Shown here piece after piece: positions 1-9,960 of a DNA stretch of 64,000 nucleotides (position 1 is the stretch's first letter; every line of letters starts with the position of its first letter). Source of the DNA: Phycisphaerae bacterium (lineage in GTDB: Bacteria; Planctomycetota; Phycisphaerae; UBA1845; Fen-1342); NCBI GenBank assembly GCA_050115495.1, contig JASFQK010000026.1, forward strand, positions 1 to 64,000, in the 5' to 3' direction. The notes beneath the pieces are model-generated. The model was not told the origin of the DNA. It searched no databases and saw only the letters and a program-made list of their open reading frames with translations. Made by a program: the position numbers and the translations under genes.

Positions 1-22
1 TCGCGTCGTTACTCTCGTGCAT
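1..22 (-). CDS. 5' end of a gene running off the window (MHESNDA...)
   Basis: ATG at 22-20 on the minus strand, preceded by GAGGAG; only 7 codons visible. Confidence 0.35.
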
Positions 23-218
23 CGGCGTACTCCTCTGCCCAGCGTGGGCGGCTCGGAACCAATCTTGATCCCGAGAGTACGCCGCCTTTTTTCATCCCGC
101 CATCAACGAAATTCGGTTATAGCTCGTAGATGACGCGAGAGTATTCACAATCGCACCGCGGGCACATGAGACCTCGCGGTTCATTGGTTTCCTCGGCGCG
201 TTTTGAAGGTCGAGAGTC

Positions 219-445
219 CATCGCCTGGTCCCCCGCAACTCCGATAGCCGCACCGTCGGGCGCGGCTTGCGCGCGTTGCCGACGAGTCCCGGCGGTGCCG
301 TTCCGGCTGGCGGCCGCACAGCGACGGGCAGCCGGGATCGCCCATCGACGCCGCCGGACGGGTCTGGACGAGGTTCCTCCAGTAGTTCGGGTCGGACACG
401 ACGTACCGGACGGCCCGCCGGTTGACGATCGCCGGGATCGGGCAG
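219..445 (-). pseudogene. Degraded C-terminal fragment of a phage terminase large subunit (GpA-like), copy 1
   Basis: Peptides IPAIVNRRAVRYVVSDPNYW...SMGDPGCPSLCGRQPERHR and, in another frame, LVGNARKPRPTVRLSELRGTRR resemble the planctomycete GpA C-terminus as I recall it; frameshifted, with an internal deletion. Confidence 0.5.
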
Positions 446-578
446 CGTGTTCGACTGGTGTGTCTCAGCGTCGAGCGCACCACGTACGGCCCAATCTCCA
501 ACAGAGTCCGCCAGAACGCGACAGATACCGCCCATCGCCTTCGTTCGTCCGTCATGATGGGTATTGGTGATCTGCACG

Positions 579-631
579 GAACGCCGGCGGGGGAGCGTCA
601 GCACTGGTGGGCAAGCCGCCGGTGGCACCCG
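579..631 (+). repeat. ~52-bp direct repeat, copy A (REP-like CACTGG/CCRGTG hairpin)
   Basis: GAACGCCGGCGGGGGAGCGTC(A)GCACTGGTGGGCAAGCC..C.GTGGCACCCG, nearly identical to 2092-2143. Confidence 0.9.
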
Positions 632-718
632 GCGCTCAAGCGGCGTGTTAGCGTTGATTGAGGCCCCTGCAGTGCGAGTTCCGGCGCTGGCAGCATCTGA
701 TCAGAACGCGGCGTCGGA

Positions 719-1384
719 TCACGGGCTATCGGCGTCCGTGCTTCCTTGTTGAGGTGGGAAGAATTCCGCATTGTCGGCGACCGGTCTGAACTTCGAGTAG
801 TTCTGGTCATACGTCCCCGGCGTCGCAGTGAACTCCAAGACGTAGCCAATCCCCTCCCGTATCTCGAATTCGAGCCTACGCTTGTACGTCAAGCCGCGCC
901 AATTCACTTCTTCCACGTATGCGGGACGCGCGAAGCCTTCGACTGATTGCGAGGAAATCCGCCCGTCCGAGTCAGACTGCGCATAGGTCATGGCGAAGTC
1001 TTCGGCGGTGGAACTCGCACTGAGCCGAATCGCCTTCACTGATACTGCGTTGCGGATACTCGCATTCTCCAGCTCACTCCAGACCGGTGGCAACGTAAAC
1101 ACAATCCCCTCAGATTGACCTTGGGGCAGGAGACCCTTTGGCTCTGCGCCTACGTCCCAATCGGCAGGCACAACCAGCCGGAAGCCGTAGCTTTCGTTTT
1201 CGTAGGTCTTCGTTTGCGCCGAGGCGACAGCCTGAGCGGGTTTCTCCGGCAACGTCTCCGTCTCGAGATCAGCTTCCGCCGGTTCTGACGTTGGGGCAGG
1301 CGACGCGGCCGGCTGGGGCGAATGTCCATTGGCCGACCTGTAACACCCAGCTTGCGTCAGGACTAACAGCAGTACTGTCAGCAT
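719..1384 (-). CDS. Lipoprotein, PsbP-like domain
   Basis: Signal MLTVLLLVLTQAG-C, Pro/Ala/Glu linker, then YENESYGFRLVVPADW...GIGYVLEFTA typical of PsbP-like folds; codon usage differs from the core genes. Confidence 0.65.
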   Translation of the reverse strand: MLTVLLLVLTQAGCYRSANGHSPQPAASPAPTSEPAEADLETETLPEKPAQAVASAQTKTYENESYGFRLVVPADWDVGAEPKGLLPQGQSEGIVFTLPPVWSELENASIRNAVSVKAIRLSASSTAEDFAMTYAQSDSDGRISSQSVEGFARPAYVEEVNWRGLTYKRRLEFEIREGIGYVLEFTATPGTYDQNYSKFRPVADNAEFFPPQQGSTDADSP

Positions 1385-1778
1385 GCCGCAATATCGCGCT
1401 CTCGCGGCCACAGGATTGCGCGATACTCGTGCACACCTTTGAAGCAGGGCGAACTCACGTGCCGCTCTGTTCAGGAGCTCAATGGTTCGTCCTGCGTATC
1501 CCGCTAGCGCCATTCGTGAATCCCTCGCGTAACTTCAGAAACAGCAGATGCGTATGATAACTACATCAGTCTCAACACTGCAACCACATGGGTCAGGTTC
1601 ATCCGAGGCCCCCATCAACCTGTTCCAGTTCGGGTGTCTGTTTGTCATCCGGGCGTCGCAGAAGGTCCATGCCGGGTCGGCAAGGAGCCGCAGGACTTCC
1701 ACCTGTCGCCGGACGATGTAGAGAGCAAGGTGATCGCCTCATTAGAATAGACGGAACCGGTCGACGAGCCCGAGGGGC

Positions 1779-1967
1779 TCAGCCGATCACGCGTTCGCTC
1801 GTCAAGGTCCGCTGCCCACAACTTCGGCACTCTCGCCGCCGCAGAATCCGCCCGCCCCAAGCAGGACGCGTGTAAATCACCTGGAAGTGCCGGTACCCAC
1901 ACCGCGGGCACACCAGGCCGCGCGGCTCGGCCTGCGCCTGGGCAGATGGAGGTGGCGTCGTCTTCAT
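1779..1967 (-). CDS. Small zinc-ribbon protein (NrdR-N-like, phage-associated)
   Basis: CPRCG...RILRRRECRSCGQRTLTSE; ATGA overlap with the stop of the upstream terminase-like fragment. Confidence 0.7.
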   Translation of the reverse strand: MKTTPPPSAQAQAEPRGLVCPRCGYRHFQVIYTRPAWGGRILRRRECRSCGQRTLTSERVIG

Positions 1968-2090
1968 CGGCGGGTCCTCTGGACTTCGGAGAGGCGCACG
2001 GTCCGCCGGAATTTCGGTGCGTCGCCGACGAGTTCTGGCGGCGCCGCGCTGCGCATCGATGCCGCCACGGCGCAGCCCACCAGGCAGTAC
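1964..2090 (-). pseudogene. C-terminal fragment of a phage terminase large subunit (GpA-like), copy 2
   Basis: Translates YCLVGCAVAASMRSAAPPELVGDAPKFRRTVRLSEVQRTRR*; alignable at DNA level with 219-300. Confidence 0.55.
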
Positions 2091-2091
2091 T

Positions 2092-2143
2092 GAACGCCGG
2101 CGGGGGAGCGTCGCACTGGTGGGCAAGCCTCCAGTGGCACCCG
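2092..2143 (+). repeat. ~52-bp direct repeat, copy B
   Basis: Near-identical to 579-631. Confidence 0.9.
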
Positions 2144-2177
2144 ATGGGCGCAGCAGGTGGGGCGGGGGCGGGGGAGT

Positions 2178-2261
2178 TGAGATCTCAGATTTGAGATTTC
2201 AGATTCAAGATCTCAGATGGGAGACCTCAGATTCGAGATTTCAGATTTGAGAGTTCAGATT
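2178..2261 (+). repeat. Heptanucleotide tandem repeat (~12 x NNAGATY, 14-bp higher-order period)
   Basis: TGAGATC TCAGATT TGAGATT TCAGATT CAAGATC TCAGATG... Confidence 0.9.
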
Positions 2262-2566
2262 GGGGGCGGTGCGCGGGAGAGGAGAGCAGGCGGAAGCGGT
2301 GAGTGGAGGGGGGAGCGCGGAGGGGGCGTTTGTTGACGGTCGACGTTGGCTACGGGGAGCTGACGCTTCGTACCGATGTAAGCGCGTTCTGGCGGTCGGC
2401 GGCGGGCGCGTCGATGAATCAGGCTAAGATGAACAGCCGATTGTCTGTTCGAGTAAACGAGGTAAAATAGGGTTTCAAATCTGTACATAGTCTTATCGGG
2501 GAGCATGTCTGTGGGCCGAGCAGTTTCCAGGCACACGAGGAAGAGCCGCCGCTAGTCGGGCGCGGG

Positions 2567-2655
2567 GACGTCCGGCGCGGAGCCCGGACGATACGCCGAC
2601 GGCGAGATCGGTGGCGTGTAGGGGGGTGACGGCCGACACGGGGGTTGGCCGTGAC
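2567..2655 (-). repeat. Cluster of GTAG-type REP-like hairpins (degenerate)
   Basis: GACGTCCGGCGCGGAGCCCGGACGATAC and GACGGCCGACACGGGGGTTGGCCGTGAC. Confidence 0.7.
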
Positions 2656-2723
2656 GAAGACGTCGGCGCCGGGGTCCGACGCGAGGAGGTGGCCGGCATA
2701 GCGACCGGCCGGAGGGCACGCCG

Positions 2724-3404
2724 ATGAGAGGGTGGCTGTTTGGTCTGGGGGCGGTGACGTTGCTGGTGGCTGCGGCGCAGGCTGATCCGTACTGGATCGC
2801 GTATGAGGGGGACGACTATCCCGAAAACTGCGGGTGGGGGCGCACGTATGGCAACTGGGGGGGGCAGCACCAGGGCGAGGCGGATCGTCAGATCGAAGAC
2901 GGCGTGCTGAAGATGGACTCGCTCTTCGATTCGGGAGTGTACGACTACGTGTTCATCGATCGGCCGGGCGAGATGGACCCCGGGCCGGGCGAGACATTCA
3001 TCATGCAATGGCGCCTGCTGGTGCACGCGGGGAGCGGGTGGGATCCGGCCGTCGCGCTGAGCTCGGACGACAAGTGGATGATCGGACTGGAGTTCAAGGA
3101 GGGTTACGTGCGGAGCATCTTCGAAGGCGACATCACGTTTCCTGTGGCCGCGGAGGTGTTCCATACATATGAAATTCGTTCTGAAGACATGCGCACGTAC
3201 TGCATGTATATCGACGGGGTGCTGCGCCACGAGGGGAGTTTCTGGCTATCCGTCTCTCCCGCATATGTAGCCTGGGGTGACGGTGTGCTGGGCGCAGCGA
3301 GTTGGGCGGAGTGGGATTACTTCCGCTTTGGTGTCGCACCCGAACCGTCGGGCTTGCTGCTGATGCTTGCAGCGGCTGCCTGCTATCGTGGCAGACGCCG
3401 CTAG
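2724..3404 (+). CDS. Secreted PEP-CTERM sorting-domain protein
   Basis: Signal peptide; C-terminal VAPEPSGLLLMLAAAACYRGRRR; GGAGG upstream. Confidence 0.85.
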   Translation: MRGWLFGLGAVTLLVAAAQADPYWIAYEGDDYPENCGWGRTYGNWGGQHQGEADRQIEDGVLKMDSLFDSGVYDYVFIDRPGEMDPGPGETFIMQWRLLVHAGSGWDPAVALSSDDKWMIGLEFKEGYVRSIFEGDITFPVAAEVFHTYEIRSEDMRTYCMYIDGVLRHEGSFWLSVSPAYVAWGDGVLGAASWAEWDYFRFGVAPEPSGLLLMLAAAACYRGRRR

Positions 3405-3438
3405 ACACATCTTACCTGTTACGTACGGGAGGATCGCC

Positions 3439-5355
3439 ATGTTGAGAGCACGGGATGTGTTGGTTCTTGTGGCAGCGCTGCTGTTATCGGACATCTGCCT
3501 GGCGAACGGGAGTATCATCCAGCGGTGGGGGCCGATGGACGGGGAATGCACGATTAACAACGCCGCCGGGACTGTGGACATACACAGTGCGGGTACGTTC
3601 AAGCTTGAGTCCCGGAACGGCACAGAACCCGGCGTAATCAACTCGGTTTCTGTCGACAACGGCGTGATAGGCCCGGTGTGCGTGTACATTGCCCGGAATG
3701 CCGCCGAGGGCGGCGGACCTGGGGCGAGCGATGTCAAGCAGATCAACCTGTCCGGGGCAACAAGCTCGCGGCTCATGCAACTGGACATCACGGGCGACCT
3801 CGCCGAACTCGGGGACGTGGTCGTCGACGCCATTGCCGGCTCGGTGGAAGTCGGCGGCGCCGTTCTGAACGATGTGCGGATTGGCGTGCTGGACGGTGAC
3901 TTCAGGTGTGATGCGATGGGTGACTTCACGGCCATCGGGGCGTCTATCGGCCCCCCGTGGCTGCACGTGGGGAATATCCTGGTGCGCGGGCCGTACGACG
4001 GGTCGATCTACGTGTTTGGCTCCATCACCTCTTCCCCGGGCGTTGACGGCATCAGAATCTGGGGTGACATGTCGGGCAGTGTCGAAGTCACGGGCGACCT
4101 GAACTCGATCCTCGTCGGCGAGTGGTACGGAGGCGACGTGCTGGGCGATATAGCCGTCGGCGGCGATGTGGGATCGGTCGAGGTCCGTGGCGACATCGCG
4201 GCCAGCGGGACCCTGGACGTCGGCGGGAGCGTAATGGACCTGGTCCTCATCTCCGGTGACCTGGCCGGCGCGGTGTACGTCGACTACGACCTGAGCGGAA
4301 ACCCGATGCTGGGGGGGCTGGAAGTGGTGGGCTCGGTGACCTCCAGTGGTCGAATCAGTGTCGATGAGGACGTCCTCAGCACGATTGTGATTATGGAGGA
4401 GCAAGCCGGTGAGATCGTTGTCGGTGGAGCACTGGAAGGCCGCCTCTTCACCGAGTATGGCGAGATGCCCGGGACGCTGACGGTCGGTGAGTGTCAGGGG
4501 TCCGTCAGCATCAGCACTGAAGGGGGCGAGGACTTCACCGGCAACATCACCGTCGCTCAGGACGTGTCCGGTGTCCTGCATACCGCCGGGATGTACGGCG
4601 AGATCCTGATCGGCGGCGATATGCACGGTACGCTCTACGTTGATGGTGATCTGGCGGATCCCGCCGGTGATCTGAGCGGCGGCCACGTCATCATCAACGG
4701 CTCGCTCTGGGACGACACGGTCTGCATCTTCGGGACTGTGGTGCTCGAGGAAGGCGGGCCCTTCATCGCGGTCGACTATGATGGCTGGCATGACAGTGAC
4801 GAGTGGGCGTACGGCGCCTGCATTCGCGTGGGTGAAGGCCTCTACTACGAGAACACGCCTGCCTTGCACCTGTGGGAGATCAGCGCCTGCAAGGGCGACA
4901 TGAACAACGACGGCGTGACCGACAACTTCGACATCAGCCCGTTCATATCGGCACTCGGAGACCACACCCCGCAGAGCGATTATGACTATGCTTACCCCGG
5001 CCTGCTGGGCAGCGTGGTCTATCACGGCGATATGGACTGCGACGAGATCTTCAACAACTTCGACATCGCTCCGTTCATGCTGCGGCTGACCAATCCGGCG
5101 GGATACGCCAGTCAATACCCGGGCTGCGATCCGTGTCTGGCGCTCGGCGGACGAGAGGGCGGCGGCGAGCGAGGCGGTGGCGGCGAGCGAGATGGCGGCG
5201 GCGGTCTCGATGCCGAGGAGGCGGCGGCCCTGTTGCAGGCGTACCTGGACGACGGGCTGTTGTCTTATATGTCCGAGGTGGCCGAGGAGCTCGCGGAATA
5301 CTACGGTGATACGCCGCTGGGCGAGTTCTGGGAGGAGGTGGCGGACGAGCTGTAG
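3439..5355 (+). CDS. Secreted acidic beta-helix-like repeat protein with C-terminal dockerin-like domain
   Basis: GGAGG then ATG at 3439; signal peptide; GD(L/V)xGx(I/V)xV repeats; paired GDMNNDGVTDNFDI / GDMDCDEIFNNFDI motifs. Confidence 0.8.
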   Translation: MLRARDVLVLVAALLLSDICLANGSIIQRWGPMDGECTINNAAGTVDIHSAGTFKLESRNGTEPGVINSVSVDNGVIGPVCVYIARNAAEGGGPGASDVKQINLSGATSSRLMQLDITGDLAELGDVVVDAIAGSVEVGGAVLNDVRIGVLDGDFRCDAMGDFTAIGASIGPPWLHVGNILVRGPYDGSIYVFGSITSSPGVDGIRIWGDMSGSVEVTGDLNSILVGEWYGGDVLGDIAVGGDVGSVEVRGDIAASGTLDVGGSVMDLVLISGDLAGAVYVDYDLSGNPMLGGLEVVGSVTSSGRISVDEDVLSTIVIMEEQAGEIVVGGALEGRLFTEYGEMPGTLTVGECQGSVSISTEGGEDFTGNITVAQDVSGVLHTAGMYGEILIGGDMHGTLYVDGDLADPAGDLSGGHVIINGSLWDDTVCIFGTVVLEEGGPFIAVDYDGWHDSDEWAYGACIRVGEGLYYENTPALHLWEISACKGDMNNDGVTDNFDISPFISALGDHTPQSDYDYAYPGLLGSVVYHGDMDCDEIFNNFDIAPFMLRLTNPAGYASQYPGCDPCLALGGREGGGERGGGGERDGGGGLDAEEAAALLQAYLDDGLLSYMSEVAEELAEYYGDTPLGEFWEEVADEL

Positions 5356-5465
5356 GTGGTGGGAAGAAAACAACAAGGCAGCCCCTTCGACTCCGCTCAG
5401 GGTGCCGAGGCAGGAAGGCGTTGCGTTCGGGGGTCGGTCGGCGGAGTGGGCGTTTGCTCGTAATC

Positions 5466-5792
5466 GACGGCCGACACGGAGGTCGGCCGCTACGGGGATT
5501 GCGAGGTCGGACGTTTGTTGGTAATCGACGTCGGCCACGGGGGGCCGACGCTACGCGCCGGCGGCACTTGGGCCCCCATTGTCGTGCGAATCACCAGCCA
5601 TTGGCAGGTGCCACACCAGCAAGCGGGCGCGGTGACGCGAGAGATGGGGCGCGTCTGAAAGGCGAAGAGACACCAGCAGTCGGCGCCGAGTGGCGAGACG
5701 GGCGATGGTCGGCGCACCGGATGCAATCCGGTGCCACAATGTGCGCACGCCGGGCGCTGCCGAAGACGTCCGGTACGGAGCCCGGACACTAC
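5466..5792 (-). repeat. REP cluster (GTAG-type hairpins at 5466-5493, 5527-5554, 5765-5792; GCACCGGATGCAATCCGGTGC palindrome near 5713-5733)
   Basis: Palindromes ending in CTAC, repeated elsewhere in the window; lies between convergent genes. Confidence 0.85.
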
Positions 5793-5839
5793 ACGACGTG
5801 CGGTGCGCGAGGCCGGTCGCCGCGGTCGGGCGCTACGGG

Positions 5840-7381
<1,542 letters not shown>

Positions 7382-7604
7382 GGCAACCTCCAGGTTCAGG
7401 TGCCTTGATTCTATCGTCTGATTCGCGGGTTGGCCTTGGCCCGGCGGCGGTAGTCGCGGGGCAGGCGGGATTTACGGCGGTTGGGGGCAGCGGTAGACTC
7501 CGGTAATGGGCCGTCCGCCTGTCGGGGCGGGCGGACGAGGTGGGCGCCGGTTGGCCGGGCCGGCGCGGCCTTCCGGCCGGTGCTGGTTGAGCTGGGAGAA
7601 GAAC

Positions 7605-8096
7605 ATGAGTGAGCCGTCGCCGCCCGCCGAATCTGCGCCGCCGCCCGCGCCCGCTGCACGCCGGGGTGGGTCGCCGTGGATTCTGGTCGGGCTGCTGGTC
7701 CTGCTGGGGGGGTGGTTCGTGGTGACGCAGTTCGTCTCGCACACCGGGCCGAAGATCGCGTGGATCGAGAACGACTATCCGCGGGCGGAGCGGGAGGCCC
7801 GCGCGCACGGTCGGCGCATCTTCCTGTTACTGTATGAGCCGGATTGCCCGGTGACGGCGGGGCTGGATCGCGGCCTGTTCACGCAGCGCGAGGTGCGCGA
7901 GCGGCTGGCCAAGATGGTCTGCTGCCGCATCAAGCTGACGCCCGGTGATCCGCTGCGCGGGCGGTTCGACTTCAAGCGCTCGCCGCAGATGATGGTCTTC
8001 GAGCCGGGGAAGGATGAGCCCGTGGGCCGGCCGCTCAACGGCAGCGTGGAGCTGCGCGAGTTCCAGACATACGTGGACCCTGGGGACGTCCCCTAG
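7605..8096 (+). CDS. Membrane-anchored thioredoxin-like protein
   Basis: N-terminal TM; IAWIENDYPRAEREARAHGRRIFLLLYEPDCPVT resembles a thioredoxin_7-like start with a single Cys. Confidence 0.7.
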   Translation: MSEPSPPAESAPPPAPAARRGGSPWILVGLLVLLGGWFVVTQFVSHTGPKIAWIENDYPRAEREARAHGRRIFLLLYEPDCPVTAGLDRGLFTQREVRERLAKMVCCRIKLTPGDPLRGRFDFKRSPQMMVFEPGKDEPVGRPLNGSVELREFQTYVDPGDVP

Positions 8097-8120
8097 GGCA
8101 AGTCGACCGGGACACCATGG

Positions 8121-9740
8121 ATGGCCGGAGAGCAGCCGTACTTGGCGGAGCCTCGCCCGAGACGACGCGGCGGGAGCGCCGGGCTCATTTGCGGGGTGGC
8201 GGCCCTGTGCGTGTACGTGGCCACCTGCTCGCCAGGGATCGAGTGGCAGGATAGCGGCATTCACCAGTACCGCATTCTGAGCGGGCAGCTCGTGCACGAT
8301 CGCGGGCTGGCGCTGTCGCACCCGCTGCATTACTGGCTCGGTCGGGCGATGCTGGCCGTGCCGGTGGGGGATCCGATCTGGCGGCTCAATCTACTGTCGG
8401 CGATCTGCGGAGCGGTGGCGGTCGGGTTGCTGGCGGCGACGCTGGAGCGGCTGACGCGCAGCCGACTGGCGGCGATGCTGGGGGCGGGTGTGCTGCTGGT
8501 GGCCCACAGCTTCTGGCAGATGTCGGCGCTGACCGAGACGTACACGGTGGCGGCGGCGCTGATGACGCTGGAGTGGTACCTGCTGCTGGTGTACGCGCGA
8601 TCGCGGTCGTCGGGGCTGCTGGTGCTGGTGTTCCTGGTCAACGGGCTGCACGTGGCGGATCACCTGCTCGGGTTGCTGACGCTGGCCACGTACGGCGTGC
8701 TGGTGCTGGATCGCCTGTGGCGTGGGCATCTGGCCTGGCGCTGGACGCCGGTGCTGGCGGTGGCGTGGCTGATCGGGGCGGCGCCGTACTGGGCGCTCGT
8801 ACTGGCGTTTCACGGGCAGGTGGGCGACTGGACGACGACGATCCGGTCGGCGTTTTTCGGGGGCGGAGCGGGCGATCCGGGGTGGGGGGATGCGGTGCTG
8901 AACACGCGGGTTTCCGTGGGGCAGGCCAAGCTGGCGCTGCTGACGCTGGCGTACAACTTCCCGTCGGCAGCGCTGGCGGTGGCGCTGGGCGGGGTGGTGC
9001 GGCCGGCGCACGGGCGGCGGCGGGTGTTCCGGGCGGTGCTGCTGGGGCAGACGGTGCTGATCGGGGCGTTCGTGGGGCGGTACGCGATCGCCGACCTGTA
9101 CACGTATTTCGTGCCGGTTTGCGTGCTGGTGGGGCTGTGGTGCGGGGTGGGGGCGGACTGGCTGCTGGGGTGGGTGCGGCGGTCGGCGTGGCGGCCGTGG
9201 GCGGTGGGACTGTTGACGGCGAACGTGTTGGCGCCGGTGGTGGTCTACGCGTGCTTCCCGATCGTGGCGGAGAGTCACGGGTGGATGCGTTCGCGGCTGC
9301 GGGACATCCCATTCCGGAACGAGTATCGGCATTTCTTCTGCCCGTGGCGGGTGGGGGATGACTCGGCGGCGCGGTTTGCGCGGGCGGTGCTGGAGCGGGC
9401 CGGGCCGAGCGGCTGGCTGCTGATGGACACGACGACGGCCCACGCGGTGGGGACGTACTACCGGCTGCACGGCGGTCCGGCGGGCATCCGGATCTACAAC
9501 GGCCATCGGTGCCTGAACGTCCCGAACTGGCCGCACCTGACGGAGGAGGAGCTGGCGGCGTTCGTCCGGGCCGGGGGACGGGTCGTGGTGGTGCCGGGGG
9601 CGCAGGCGGAGCGGCTGTGGGGCGAGCGATTCGCCCTGGATCGGAGCGATGGGCAATTCTGGTTGGTCCGTCCAGCGGGGGCTGGGCAAGGGACCGAGAA
9701 TGAGGTAGACTTGCCGTCACCGGGCGAAGGGATGCCCTGA
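8121..9740 (+). CDS. DUF2723/TMEM260-like multi-pass GT-C glycosyltransferase
   Basis: YVATCSPGIEWQDSG...HPLHYWLG...RLNLLSA...FWQMSALTETYT; many TMs. Confidence 0.8.
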   Translation: MAGEQPYLAEPRPRRRGGSAGLICGVAALCVYVATCSPGIEWQDSGIHQYRILSGQLVHDRGLALSHPLHYWLGRAMLAVPVGDPIWRLNLLSAICGAVAVGLLAATLERLTRSRLAAMLGAGVLLVAHSFWQMSALTETYTVAAALMTLEWYLLLVYARSRSSGLLVLVFLVNGLHVADHLLGLLTLATYGVLVLDRLWRGHLAWRWTPVLAVAWLIGAAPYWALVLAFHGQVGDWTTTIRSAFFGGGAGDPGWGDAVLNTRVSVGQAKLALLTLAYNFPSAALAVALGGVVRPAHGRRRVFRAVLLGQTVLIGAFVGRYAIADLYTYFVPVCVLVGLWCGVGADWLLGWVRRSAWRPWAVGLLTANVLAPVVVYACFPIVAESHGWMRSRLRDIPFRNEYRHFFCPWRVGDDSAARFARAVLERAGPSGWLLMDTTTAHAVGTYYRLHGGPAGIRIYNGHRCLNVPNWPHLTEEELAAFVRAGGRVVVVPGAQAERLWGERFALDRSDGQFWLVRPAGAGQGTENEVDLPSPGEGMP

Positions 9741-9840
9741 CGGAAGGCCGGTGGATTCCCGGCCGACCGGCAGACGGGTCGGTTTGTCCGACCCCGTGGC
9801 GACCGAGAGCATGTAGTGCGTGGTCCGTTCAGGACCGTGG

Positions 9841-9868
9841 TGGGTCGCAGGCGCGGCCCATTTTTCTT
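9841..9868 (+). terminator. rimP-leader-like terminator/attenuator upstream of nusA
   Basis: TGGGTCGC-AGGC-GCGGCCCA followed by TTTTTCTT, ~95 bp before the nusA ATG. Confidence 0.6.
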
Positions 9869-9960
9869 GGCCGGGCAGAGCACGGCGTCCGAGTCCGGCC
9901 GGTCGTGGCTCGGTATGCGCCGAGCGGCCGAGTGCCCAACTATTAGTGGCGAGAGTGGAC

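Noticed and set aside
92..2126. Intact prophage
   Set aside because: Only short terminase-like fragments and a Zn-ribbon gene; no portal, capsid or integrase
3484..5538. Long antisense ORFs (also 11581-13107, 46663-47994, 58856-60241, 62195-63301)
   Set aside because: Shadow frames of real genes in high-GC DNA; no motifs
8121..9740. G-run richness as a G-quadruplex system
   Set aside because: Explained by Gly/Val/Trp/Ala codons and strand skew
9745..9835. tRNA upstream of nusA
   Set aside because: Hairpins present but no T-loop GTTCRA or cloverleaf
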